This document shows, piece after piece, positions 35,664 through 44,216 of a DNA stretch of 51,924 bases. The position numbers and the translations under genes were made by a program. The notes beneath the pieces were generated by a model. It was given only the letters and a program-made list of their open reading frames with translations, made no database searches and was not told the DNA's origin. Position 1 is the stretch's first letter. The number at the start of each line of letters is the position of its first letter. Source of the stretch: Myxococcota bacterium (GTDB taxonomy: Bacteria; Myxococcota; XYA12-FULL-58-9; JALHOP01); NCBI GenBank assembly GCA_041288095.1, contig JBGGMJ010000210.1, positions 1-51,924 on the forward strand, read 5' to 3'.

Positions 35664-37267
35664 AGCGGATCCCGGCCGCGTAACATCCGCTCACCGATGC
35701 TCTCGATGAGCAGCTGAGTGCTCGTCGCCAGCTCGACGAGCCCATCCCGCCGCATGCGCTCACGTGGCGTGTGGTTGTCCACGAGGTCGGTGCCCAGTGA
35801 GATGGCGGCCATGCCCTCGTAGAGCGCCGCGATCGCGCCACACTCGATCGTCGCCGGCAGCAGCGCGACCGATGCGAAATGCTGGCGTCCCAACGCCAAT
35901 GCCGTGCGCACCAGCCAGTGATCTTCTTCCAGCAACCACGGCGCGACGGCGTCGCGTTGGGTTTTTGCCACGTCGAACGCACCGCGCAAGGCTGACTCGA
36001 TGCGCGTGGCCCACGTGGTGGTGTCCGCGGGGGTAAACGTCCGCGCGCTGTAGACCGTGCCGACCGACCCATCGGCGGCGTCGGCCATCAACAAGGCGAA
36101 GTTCGAGGACACCTTCACGGTATCGGGATAGCCGGGGTCAGCGACCAAGAGACCGTCGGGAACCCCAGCGAGCCCGGTGGCTAGCCGCCGCGTTGCCTCC
36201 GAGGTGAAGGCCTTGGCCGCGGTGACCTCGCCGATCGAAGCGGTGAGCTTTACCTGCGCGGGATCTTCGTCGCGCGTCGCGAGCAACGCGGCGAGCTTGG
36301 CGCGCATCTCGGTCAGCGCCTTCTCCACGTTCTCCTTGGGGAGCACGAGGGTCATGCCGCAGGCGTCGTTGATCTTGTTGAAGACCTTACCATCGCCGGA
36401 CCTCACGTTCACGAGTCGTCCGCCAAAGCGTTCAGCGACGGCGATGAGCTCGGCGCCGGCGATCGCCGCGTTGAGACGTCGGCGGTGAGCATCGCGGGCC
36501 GCATGTCCGCCGCGCAGACCGCGAAGGTCGAGCTGCATCTGCGTCGAGCCGGCGTCGGGCGGAGCGGTCGGCGCGAGGCCCCCCATGAACGCTCCCGAGG
36601 ACCCCATGCACCCACGGGTGATGGTGCGGGCGCCGGGCGAGTCGAAGTTGAAGAGGACTCGCCCCGCGAGCGGCAGGCGCATCTGCCTTGCGCCAACGAG
36701 GCCGACTTCTTCACGTGTCGTGAAGACGAGCTCGAGCGGCGGGTGCTCGATGCTCGGGTCGGTGATGTAACGCGCCGCCACCGCCATACCCAAGGCGTTG
36801 TCGGCCCCGAGTGAGGTGCGGGAGCCGAGCGATCGGATCCACTGCTCACCGTCGACGGTGACCAGCTCGGTCTTCACGCCTTGGCGAAAATATGGGCGCA
36901 GATCTTCGCCGGGCTTCGCGCCCTCGACAGCGAGAACCATGTCCATGTGCGCCTGGAGGACGACCGGCTTCGCGAGGTTCGCGAACCGGCCGGTGCCGGG
37001 CAAACGCACGAGGAGGTTTCCCGCGTCGTCGCGGGCGGTCGAAACGCTCCCCGCCGGCCACAGGCTCTCTGACCGGCGCACGATGTCTTCGATTGCGGCG
37101 CGTGCCGCGTCTTCCTCACCCGGCGGGCGATAGAGCCTGGTGAATGCCTCGAAGAGATCCAACACGGCGCCGGCTTTCGTCTCCTGGCGGGGCAGCTTGC
37201 CGCCAGCGACTGCCGGCGGCGCGGGAGGCGCGGCTACTCCAAGGGGGCCCATCGTCACGTGTCGCAT
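35660..37267 (-). CDS. M20 family metallopeptidase, PepD (Xaa-His dipeptidase)-like, with Pro/Ala-rich N-terminal extension
   Basis: DDAGN, LQAHMDMV, LGADN, TREEVG, NFDS, GGH, HTPRE; start 37267 or 37252, downstream of the promoter motif. Confidence 0.85.
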   Translation of the reverse strand: MRHVTMGPLGVAAPPAPPAVAGGKLPRQETKAGAVLDLFEAFTRLYRPPGEEDAARAAIEDIVRRSESLWPAGSVSTARDDAGNLLVRLPGTGRFANLAKPVVLQAHMDMVLAVEGAKPGEDLRPYFRQGVKTELVTVDGEQWIRSLGSRTSLGADNALGMAVAARYITDPSIEHPPLELVFTTREEVGLVGARQMRLPLAGRVLFNFDSPGARTITRGCMGSSGAFMGGLAPTAPPDAGSTQMQLDLRGLRGGHAARDAHRRRLNAAIAGAELIAVAERFGGRLVNVRSGDGKVFNKINDACGMTLVLPKENVEKALTEMRAKLAALLATRDEDPAQVKLTASIGEVTAAKAFTSEATRRLATGLAGVPDGLLVADPGYPDTVKVSSNFALLMADAADGSVGTVYSARTFTPADTTTWATRIESALRGAFDVAKTQRDAVAPWLLEEDHWLVRTALALGRQHFASVALLPATIECGAIAALYEGMAAISLGTDLVDNHTPRERMRRDGLVELATSTQLLIESIGERMLRGRDPL

Positions 37268-37275
37268 GGCCGGCG

Positions 37276-37302
37276 GTATCGGCAGGGCGCCATCCAAGGT
37301 GC
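37276..37302 (-). promoter_or_regulatory. Sigma28-like promoter GCACC-N14-GCCGATAC
   Basis: Same spacing; one mismatch in each box. Confidence 0.6.
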
Positions 37303-37401
37303 AGGGCGGGAAATGCCCGAATGGCACCCCGGGCTGTTCACCAGGTCACGGCGCCGGTTTTTTCTCAACGGCGACGCCCCCTGGCATGCTCGCCAGGCGC
37401 G

Positions 37402-38058
37402 ATGATTCAGCTCTTCCACGTCTACAAGTCGTACGGCGAAGGCGTGCAGGCCTTGCTCGACGTCAACGTCGAGATCGCCAAAGGCGAGCTGGTCTATCTC
37501 ACCGGCCCATCGGGCGCGGGTAAGTCGACACTGCTCCGACTGATCTTCGCGGCCGAGACGCCGTCGCGCGGCCAGGTCTTCGTGGCCGGCAAGAACCTGA
37601 CGCGCCTCACCACCGGCGCCGTGCCCTATTTGCGGCGCAATCTCGGCATCGTCTTCCAGGACTTCAAGTTGCTGCCATCGCGGACCACCTTCGAGAACGT
37701 CGCGGTGGCGCTCGAGGTCTTGGGGCTTCCACGCGCTCATATCCAGAAGCGGGTCTTCGACATGCTCCGGCGCGTCGGGCTCGCGCACAAGCTACACGCG
37801 CTGCCTCGCGCTCTCTCGGGCGGCGAGCAGCAACGCGTCGCCATCGCCCGCGCCTTGGTCGCCGACCCGCAAATCGTCATAGCGGACGAGCCGACGGGTA
37901 ACCTCGACACCGAGCGCGCCGCCGAAATCATGGAGCTCCTCGAGGACGCCAACGCCCGTGGCGCCACCGTCATCGTGGCGACCCACGACAAAGAGCTCAT
38001 GCGGCGCGGCGAACGGCGCATTCTCCGGCTCGACGCCGGAAAGCTCTCGGCCGCGTGA
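37402..38058 (+). CDS. ftsE: Cell division ATP-binding protein FtsE
   Basis: MIQLFHVYKSY, GPSGAGKS, VPYLRRNLGIVFQDFKLL, LSGGEQQRV, ADEPTGNLD. Confidence 0.95.
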   Translation: MIQLFHVYKSYGEGVQALLDVNVEIAKGELVYLTGPSGAGKSTLLRLIFAAETPSRGQVFVAGKNLTRLTTGAVPYLRRNLGIVFQDFKLLPSRTTFENVAVALEVLGLPRAHIQKRVFDMLRRVGLAHKLHALPRALSGGEQQRVAIARALVADPQIVIADEPTGNLDTERAAEIMELLEDANARGATVIVATHDKELMRRGERRILRLDAGKLSAA

Positions 38059-38960
38059 TGCTGGGCCGCTTCGCATATTTCGTCGGGCGTACGGTCTCGA
38101 CGCTGCGCGAGGCTCCGGGCATGAGCCTCCTTACGACGCTGACCATCGCCGCGGCGCTGGTGGTGCTCGGGATCTTCGCGGTCGGCTTCATGGCGATCGA
38201 CGGCTTCACCGCGAGCTGGGGCCGAGTCGCGACCGTTACGGCGTACATCGCGGACGATGTCTCGGCCGACTCTTGGCCTGGGCTGCTCGAGGCCATCGCC
38301 GCCCTACCTTCGGTCGAGAGCGCGGCGTTGGTCACACCCGAGGAAGCGCTCGAGGCTTTCAAGGCACGCGGCCAAGAGGCGCGGGCGCTGGTCGACGGTG
38401 TGAGCACGACGCTGCTACCGGCGTCGATCGAGGTGGTCGTCGCGGAAGACGCGATGGCACTCGAGGCCGTGCACGCGTTAGCGGACACCGTCGCGGGCAT
38501 CAAAGGCGTCGCCGATGTCGATTACGGCCAGGCAGACCACGCACGCTTGTCGGCGCTGGCGCGCGTCATTCGCATCGGCGGCGCCGCGGCGGCGCTGCTC
38601 GTGGCGCTGGCAACCGCGTTCATCGTCTCCTCCACCATCCGTCTCACGGTCTATGCACGGCGCGCCGAGATCGGCATCTTGAAGCTGGTCGGCGCCACCA
38701 ACGGCTTCGTGCGCCTTCCCTTCCTGCTCGAGGGCGCGGTCTGGGGTGCGTGCGGCGGTGGTACCGCGGCATTGCTCCTGTGGCTCGCCGACCACACGCT
38801 GGTGCGCCATCTCGACCTCGGCGAGGTGCTCGGCGTCGCCGCGTCGGTGCGCTTGTTCGCGCCCGAGGTCGCGCTCGGCATTTTCGCCACCGGCATTCTC
38901 TTGGGCGTCTCGGGCGCGGTGCTAGCGGTGCGGCGCTTCCTCGACCTGGAGCCGGCGTGA
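38055..38960 (+). CDS. ftsX: Cell division permease FtsX
   Basis: TIRLTVYARRAEIGILKLVGATNGFVRLPFLLEG; follows ftsE. Confidence 0.93.
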   Translation: MMLGRFAYFVGRTVSTLREAPGMSLLTTLTIAAALVVLGIFAVGFMAIDGFTASWGRVATVTAYIADDVSADSWPGLLEAIAALPSVESAALVTPEEALEAFKARGQEARALVDGVSTTLLPASIEVVVAEDAMALEAVHALADTVAGIKGVADVDYGQADHARLSALARVIRIGGAAAALLVALATAFIVSSTIRLTVYARRAEIGILKLVGATNGFVRLPFLLEGAVWGACGGGTAALLLWLADHTLVRHLDLGEVLGVAASVRLFAPEVALGIFATGILLGVSGAVLAVRRFLDLEPA

Positions 38961-39991
38961 GCTTGATCGCGTTCGCGGTCGCGGTGTTGCCGTTCGTCCA
39001 CGGCGGCGTCCAGACCGACGTAGGCTCCGTGTTGGGCGAGATCGAGAGCATCGGCCGCGCCATCGGTCGCAGCGAACAGACGCTGCACGACCTGTCGCGA
39101 GAGGCGGAGCTCATGACCTCGCGCGCGAGTCTCGCCGACGTCGAGCTGGCGAGCGCTCGCTTGCGCTACGACGCCGCGTTCGCGGTTTACCGCGAACGGC
39201 TGCGAGCATTGGCGCGTCTGCCACTCGGCACCTTGTTCGTCCTCTTCGGAGAGAGTGACTCGCTGTCCGATGTTCTACGCGCGAGCAAGCTCCTGCGGCG
39301 CGTCGCGACCTATGACCACGGTGTGCAGGAGCGCCTGCGCGTGGAAGCCGAGCATCTGCGGGCGGCTGTCGCCAAAGCGGACGAGGACAAGCGAGCGCTC
39401 GAACACGTCATCGCGCGCTTCCGCGAGACTCGCAACGCGCTCGCGACGCAGCGCCGGGCCCGTGTCGACGTCATCAAGACCGCCCTCGCTTCTCCCGACC
39501 GAAGAGCCGGTGTGCAGCGCGAGCTCGCCTCGGCGCGTAGCAACCTCGCCGGCATGCTGCAGCGCGTGCAACCCACCGCGTCGACACGCTTCACCGCGCT
39601 TCGCGGCAAGCTCCCGTGGCCCGTCGTGGGCACCCTGACCGGCCGCTTCGGTGAAGCCGTGCATCGCGAGCTCGGCACCACCACGACACGCCAAGGCATC
39701 GCCATTCGCGCCGTCGCTGGTGATCCGGTGCAGGCTGTCGCCGCCGGCCGTGTGGTGTACGCCGGTTGGATGCGTGGCTACGGACAGATGGTCCTGCTCG
39801 ACCACGGCGAGCACTACCATACGCTGGTCGCGCACCTCGATCGCGTCGCCGTGCACGTCGGCCAGCAACTCGCCGCGGGCGCGGTGCTCGGGCACGTCGG
39901 CGAAAGCGGATGGCAAGAGGCCCCGGGACTCGCCTTCGAGCTACGGCACGGAAGCGGAGCCGTCGACCCCACGCCGTGGCTCAGGCGCTGA
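38957..39991 (+). CDS. envC: EnvC-like murein hydrolase activator (coiled coil + degenerate M23 domain)
   Basis: Start GTG 38957; GKLPWPV, YAGWMRGYGQMVLLDHG; Zn ligands lost (RQGIAI, LAFELR). Confidence 0.85.
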   Translation: MSLIAFAVAVLPFVHGGVQTDVGSVLGEIESIGRAIGRSEQTLHDLSREAELMTSRASLADVELASARLRYDAAFAVYRERLRALARLPLGTLFVLFGESDSLSDVLRASKLLRRVATYDHGVQERLRVEAEHLRAAVAKADEDKRALEHVIARFRETRNALATQRRARVDVIKTALASPDRRAGVQRELASARSNLAGMLQRVQPTASTRFTALRGKLPWPVVGTLTGRFGEAVHRELGTTTTRQGIAIRAVAGDPVQAVAAGRVVYAGWMRGYGQMVLLDHGEHYHTLVAHLDRVAVHVGQQLAAGAVLGHVGESGWQEAPGLAFELRHGSGAVDPTPWLRR

Positions 39992-40014
39992 GGCTCTGCT
40001 AGAGCATCCGTCAC

Positions 40015-41160
40015 ATGCGCTCGCGAATCATCTGGCTCGGTAGCGGCCTCGCCCTCGGAACGATCTTCGGACTTGCGATGTCCGCGTGGGGCCTCGCCTC
40101 CGCGGCGGGCCGAGACCCCCGCGCCGACACGCTCTATCGCAAGCTCGAGGTGCTCGCGGAGGTCCTCACCGCCGTCGAGAACACTTACGTCGACGCCCTT
40201 ACCCCGAGCGAGCTCGTCTACGGCGCGGCCCGCGGCGCGCTGGTGGGGCTCGACCCGCACTCCGACTTCTTCGATCCCAACGACTTCCAGCAGCTCGTGA
40301 ACGCCACCGAAGGTGAATACGCCGGCATCGGCATCGAGCTCTCGGAGGGTCAAGGCGAGACCGACATCGTCACCGTCTTCGACGACTCACCCGCGAAGCA
40401 GGCAGGCCTACAGGTCGCCGACCGCTTGGTGGCTGTCGACGATCAGCCGGTGCGTGACCTCTCCTTCGAGGCAATCCAGCGGCGGCTGCGCGGCCCGGTC
40501 GGCAGCAAGGTGAAGCTCGGTGTCTTGCGCGCCGGCCGTAAGGAGCCGTGGACGTTCACGGTGGTACGCGGCTGGATCCGCGTCGCGCCGGTGACGTGGC
40601 GCGCCTTGGGTGACGGCGTCGAATACATCCAAGTGAAGACCTTCTCGCGGCGCGTCGCCCATGACCTCGACGTGCTGCTCAAGAAGCAAGCGCCCAAGAA
40701 GGGCTTGGTGCTCGACCTGCGCGGCAATCCCGGAGGCCTCTTCGACGAAGCCATCAGCATGTGCGACCTGTTCCTCGCGAACGGGCCCATCGTCTCGGCC
40801 ATCGGTCGCGGCGGGCGCGTCCTCGATCAACAGTCCGCGAAAGAAGCCGGCACGCAGCCGAGCTACCCGGTGGCGGTGCTCATCGACAGGGGTAGCGCCT
40901 CGGCGGCCGAGGTCGTCGCCGGCGCTCTCCGCGATCGCGGACGAGCGCGTCTCTTCGGCGAGCGCTCCTATGGCAAGGGCAGCGTCCAAAGCATCATGCC
41001 GCTCTCCGACGGCTCGGGCTTGAAGCTCACCGTAGCGCGTTATTCGACGCCTTCGGGCCGAGTCATCGACGGCCAGGGGATCGAGCCCGACGAGACGGTG
41101 GACGCCAAGTCGGACGCACCCATCACGCAGGCGCTCGCCTGGATACGGGGTCAGAAGTGA
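40015..41160 (+). CDS. ctpA: S41 carboxyl-terminal processing protease
   Basis: LDPHS, PDZ GIGI, LDLRGNPGG, SASAAE, GKGSVQ. Confidence 0.93.
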   Translation: MRSRIIWLGSGLALGTIFGLAMSAWGLASAAGRDPRADTLYRKLEVLAEVLTAVENTYVDALTPSELVYGAARGALVGLDPHSDFFDPNDFQQLVNATEGEYAGIGIELSEGQGETDIVTVFDDSPAKQAGLQVADRLVAVDDQPVRDLSFEAIQRRLRGPVGSKVKLGVLRAGRKEPWTFTVVRGWIRVAPVTWRALGDGVEYIQVKTFSRRVAHDLDVLLKKQAPKKGLVLDLRGNPGGLFDEAISMCDLFLANGPIVSAIGRGGRVLDQQSAKEAGTQPSYPVAVLIDRGSASAAEVVAGALRDRGRARLFGERSYGKGSVQSIMPLSDGSGLKLTVARYSTPSGRVIDGQGIEPDETVDAKSDAPITQALAWIRGQK

Positions 41161-41615
41161 GCCGCGAAGACAATGCCGCCGTCCTCACCAAGGCCTACGG
41201 CGCGCTGCAGCGCCGAGATGCCGCCGCGCTCAACGCCGCCTACGCCGATGATGCGACCTTCGAAGATCCGGTCTTCGGCAAGCTCGACGCGGCCGGCGCA
41301 CGCAAGATGTGGAGCACCCTGCTCAAGGGCGAGACGCTGAAGATGACCTTCACGGTGACGCCCACCGACGATGGCGGCACCGTCCAATGGGTCGCGGACT
41401 ACGTGCTCGGCCGCCGGCCGGTGCACAATGAGATCACCTCGGTGGTGGTCCTTCGGGACGGCAAGATTTCCCGCCAGCGCGACACCTTCGACTTTTCGAA
41501 GTGGGTGCGCCAGGCCGTGGGAGGCCCGGTCGCGGTGCTGGCCGGCAACCCGCTAACGAAGTGGCTTGCGCAGTCCTTGATCCGCTCCAAGGTGCGTAAG
41601 CGCTGCGGCATCTGA
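41157..41615 (+). CDS. SnoaL-like/NTF2 family protein
   Basis: YADDATFEDPVF, MW, RPVHN, DGKISRQRDTFDF. Confidence 0.88.
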   Translation: MSREDNAAVLTKAYGALQRRDAAALNAAYADDATFEDPVFGKLDAAGARKMWSTLLKGETLKMTFTVTPTDDGGTVQWVADYVLGRRPVHNEITSVVVLRDGKISRQRDTFDFSKWVRQAVGGPVAVLAGNPLTKWLAQSLIRSKVRKRCGI

Positions 41616-41703
41616 CCGCGACCGCCAAAGCAGGCACCTGCGATCGCTAAAACGGCCGCACGCGTGGGCGAGCCCGTTTGCGCGCATTAGGTGCTATCGC
41701 GAA

Positions 41704-41730
41704 TTATCGGCGCCCAGCCCTGGTGGTTGC
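41704..41730 (-). promoter_or_regulatory. Sigma28-like promoter GCAAC-N14-GCCGATAA, antisense to the SnoaL/ctpA genes
   Basis: Perfect match, back-to-back with the plus-strand copy. Confidence 0.6.
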
Positions 41731-41757
41731 GCAACTTCGGCGAACACAGGCCGATAT
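41731..41757 (+). promoter_or_regulatory. Sigma28-like promoter GCAAC-N14-GCCGATAT
   Basis: 54 nt upstream of ATG 41812. Confidence 0.72.
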
Positions 41758-41811
41758 CGATTGAGAGCGGGTCTCCACCCGTTCAATCCCACAGCAAGTT
41801 GAGGCAGACGC

Positions 41812-42387
41812 ATGGGCACTCCGAATGCCGAGCCACGCTCGGCCATTGCACTCGCACGTCCGGTCGCAGCACCCGTTGCTCCGGCCCCAGGTTTCTCGCG
41901 CGCGGTGTTGACCGGCGCGTTGGCTGCTCCCGTGACGTCGCAAGATCGCGGCAATGCCCGCGGCATGCTCGTCTTGGCCCAGCAGCGGCAGACGGTCGCC
42001 CCCGGCGCTCGCCCCGGCCAGCCGATGCGGCCGATGCCCGTGCCCCCCGGCGGCAACCGCGGTGGCTACTATACGCCTGGGTACTCGCCCGGTTACACGC
42101 CCGGCTACTCGTCGCCTGGGTACGTGTCGCCCGGCTACAGCTACCAGCAGCCGAACAGCACCTTCTTCGGCCTCAGCATCGGGCCCAACGGCGTGCAGCT
42201 TGGCGTCGGCAACGGCGTGAACGGCTATTACGGGCAGCAGCAGGCGCTGGCGCAAGACGTGATCGTCGCCAACTCCTATGGCCAGCGTTACTACCTGAAG
42301 GCCGGCTACCCCGTGCCCGCGGGTTACTACGTCGTCGACATGAACCCCGGCCTCTGGGCCTGGTTGACCACGCCGAACGCCTACTAA
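41812..42387 (+). CDS. Hypothetical Pro/Gly/Tyr-rich protein with Y(T/S)PG repeats
   Basis: GAGG RBS; YTPG YSPG YTPG YSSPG YVSPG; GC3-rich codons. Confidence 0.75.
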   Translation: MGTPNAEPRSAIALARPVAAPVAPAPGFSRAVLTGALAAPVTSQDRGNARGMLVLAQQRQTVAPGARPGQPMRPMPVPPGGNRGGYYTPGYSPGYTPGYSSPGYVSPGYSYQQPNSTFFGLSIGPNGVQLGVGNGVNGYYGQQQALAQDVIVANSYGQRYYLKAGYPVPAGYYVVDMNPGLWAWLTTPNAY

Positions 42388-42403
42388 GTCACGCGAGGAT
42401 CGC

Positions 42404-42431
42404 GGGCTGACCGGGTGATGCCGGTCAGTCC
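42404..42431. terminator. Hairpin between convergent genes
   Basis: GGGCTGACCGG-6 nt-CCGGTCAGTCC. Confidence 0.6.
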
Positions 42432-42433
42432 TG

Positions 42434-43144
42434 CTACTCGTCCGTTTTAGCAGTCGGCTTGATACCGAAGCGGGCGGCCCAGCCAGTGAGCGTTTGCTTG
42501 GCTTGGTCAGCGAGCTCGGCGGCTTGCCCGGCTAGCGCCGCGGCGCGCTCTGGCGCCTGGTCCACGAGGGCGTTGATCTCGCCGTAGACCTGCTTGCCAG
42601 CCGCGACCGGGTCCTCACCGTCGACCAGCGTGAGCTTGGCGGTTCGCGCGGCGGCGCCGAGAGCGACTGCTACAGCGGGCAGGCCGCCCACGAGCAGTGC
42701 GGCACCAGCCACGAGGCCACCCTTGTTGCGCCCGGCAACGTCCTTGGCCGCGTCAGTCACCTTCTTGACGCCGTCTTCGGTCGCGAGCTCGCCGACCGCA
42801 TCCGCGCCCTTCAAGAGGGTGTCGCGAACGGCGCCGTATGCTTGGCCGGCCACGTGGCCCGCGGCGCGCATGTTGGCTTCGAAGGTGCTCTCGGCAGCCG
42901 CGGCGGCAACCTCGGGGTTGGGGCGTTGCGGCTCGGCCGCCGGCGGCGGGTCGGGAAGCTTGCGCTGCGAATCAGCGAAGCTCGGGCGCGGGGTGCCTTG
43001 GTCGGCCTTTTGCGTTTTCGCGCCGCCTTCAGTCGACGCCTTGCGACGCTTGCGACGGGTCGGCTGGGCCTTCTCGCCCGAGGCGACATCGTCAGTGGTG
43101 GTAGCGCCGCGGTCAGTGCCCGTATTCGTAGCCTTGCGAACCAT
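42434..43144 (-). CDS. Hypothetical protein with disordered N-terminus and Gly/Ala-rich hydrophobic hairpin
   Basis: GGGAG RBS; GGLVAGAALLVGGLPAVAVALGAAA segment. Confidence 0.75.
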   Translation of the reverse strand: MVRKATNTGTDRGATTTDDVASGEKAQPTRRKRRKASTEGGAKTQKADQGTPRPSFADSQRKLPDPPPAAEPQRPNPEVAAAAAESTFEANMRAAGHVAGQAYGAVRDTLLKGADAVGELATEDGVKKVTDAAKDVAGRNKGGLVAGAALLVGGLPAVAVALGAAARTAKLTLVDGEDPVAAGKQVYGEINALVDQAPERAAALAGQAAELADQAKQTLTGWAARFGIKPTAKTDE

Positions 43145-43225
43145 GATCGACTCCCTTGAATGAGCGCTCGAGGCGCACGCCGGCTGCTTTGTAAACAGCC
43201 ACTTTGTCGCGTTTCAGTCGCTTCG

Positions 43226-43252
43226 TTATCGACGAACGCGGACCGGCGTTGC
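43226..43252 (-). promoter_or_regulatory. Sigma28-like promoter GCAAC-N14-GTCGATAA
   Basis: Intergenic, about 80 nt upstream of ATG 43144. Confidence 0.72.
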
Positions 43253-43310
43253 GCCTCGTACGCGGGAATCGCGGATCGCTCGGTGTCGCTATGACACCAG
43301 GGGCGCGCGC

Positions 43311-44024
43311 CTAGGTTGCGGCGACGACGCGACTGCCGGGAGCCGGCAACTGCGCGGGCGGCACGGGCTCGACCGCGGGGCCGGTGAGCTGCTTCGGCGT
43401 GTCGGGACCAGGCGGCGGCAGCGCCAAGGGCTGGAAAGGCTTGGCGCCGAGCATGAGGAGGAGGCGCCGTCGCCATGATTTGTCACGGGCGATCCCCTGC
43501 TGGTTCGCCGCCTGCACCGCTTCGAAATCTTCGCGCGCCTTCACGTACTTGGGATCGCGCATGAGGACGAAACGCTCTCCGTTCGTCTCGTACGGCCCGC
43601 TGATCGCGAACCCAGCGGCTTGGTACATGCCGCGCACTTCGACCATGAGCGTTCTGTGGAGGACGACGACGTCCGGCACCGGAGCGCTTTCGCCCTCGCC
43701 CTTGAACGCGGTGGCGTGGCGCTTCTCGAACTCCGCCTTGCTGAGGAGGTCGACGCGCGTCGCCCAGCGGAGGGTTCGGTCGTAGTTGTCCTCGTTACGG
43801 TAGTTGATGGTCTCGCGATACGGATTCTCGCCGATGTCACGCAGGCGCTTGAAGTGCTCGTCGATCAGGCCCTCGCACTCCTTCGCGAGACCCTCGCAGA
43901 AACGGCGCGCCGCCATGATCTGATCCGGCGTCGCCGCGCCCTTGTAACCATAGCGCTCGGTCAACGGCGTCGTGTCGGCGGTCTGGACCGGCTTCTCCGC
44001 GCGAACGGCATCCGCGGTAATCAT
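43311..44024 (-). CDS. Hypothetical protein (last gene of the AAA/TelA-like operon)
   Basis: GGAG RBS; ATGA overlap with the upstream small ORF. Confidence 0.75.
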   Translation of the reverse strand: MITADAVRAEKPVQTADTTPLTERYGYKGAATPDQIMAARRFCEGLAKECEGLIDEHFKRLRDIGENPYRETINYRNEDNYDRTLRWATRVDLLSKAEFEKRHATAFKGEGESAPVPDVVVLHRTLMVEVRGMYQAAGFAISGPYETNGERFVLMRDPKYVKAREDFEAVQAANQQGIARDKSWRRRLLLMLGAKPFQPLALPPPGPDTPKQLTGPAVEPVPPAQLPAPGSRVVAAT

Positions 44025-44197
44025 GACTTGTCTCCAATAGCGGAACTGGCGCGGAGCTCGAGAGCGCGAACTCCGCCCTCGACCCGCTCGCCTCGGGGCA
44101 CGATGTCGCCCAAGACACGCGCCAGCTTGTGACGGTCCACGCGCGGTGTCTTGCCGAGCTCAGCGATGAAACGACGCACCTCTGCCGCTGTGATCAT
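44021..44197 (-). CDS. 58-aa small protein missing from the ORF track
   Basis: MITAAEVRRFIAELGKTPRVDRHKLARVLGDIVPRGERVEGGVRALELRASSAIGDKS; GAGGT RBS; stop overlaps the next start; fills the operon gap. Confidence 0.6.
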   Translation of the reverse strand: MITAAEVRRFIAELGKTPRVDRHKLARVLGDIVPRGERVEGGVRALELRASSAIGDKS

Positions 44198-44216
44198 GCA
44201 AACCTCGCTGCGTTGG

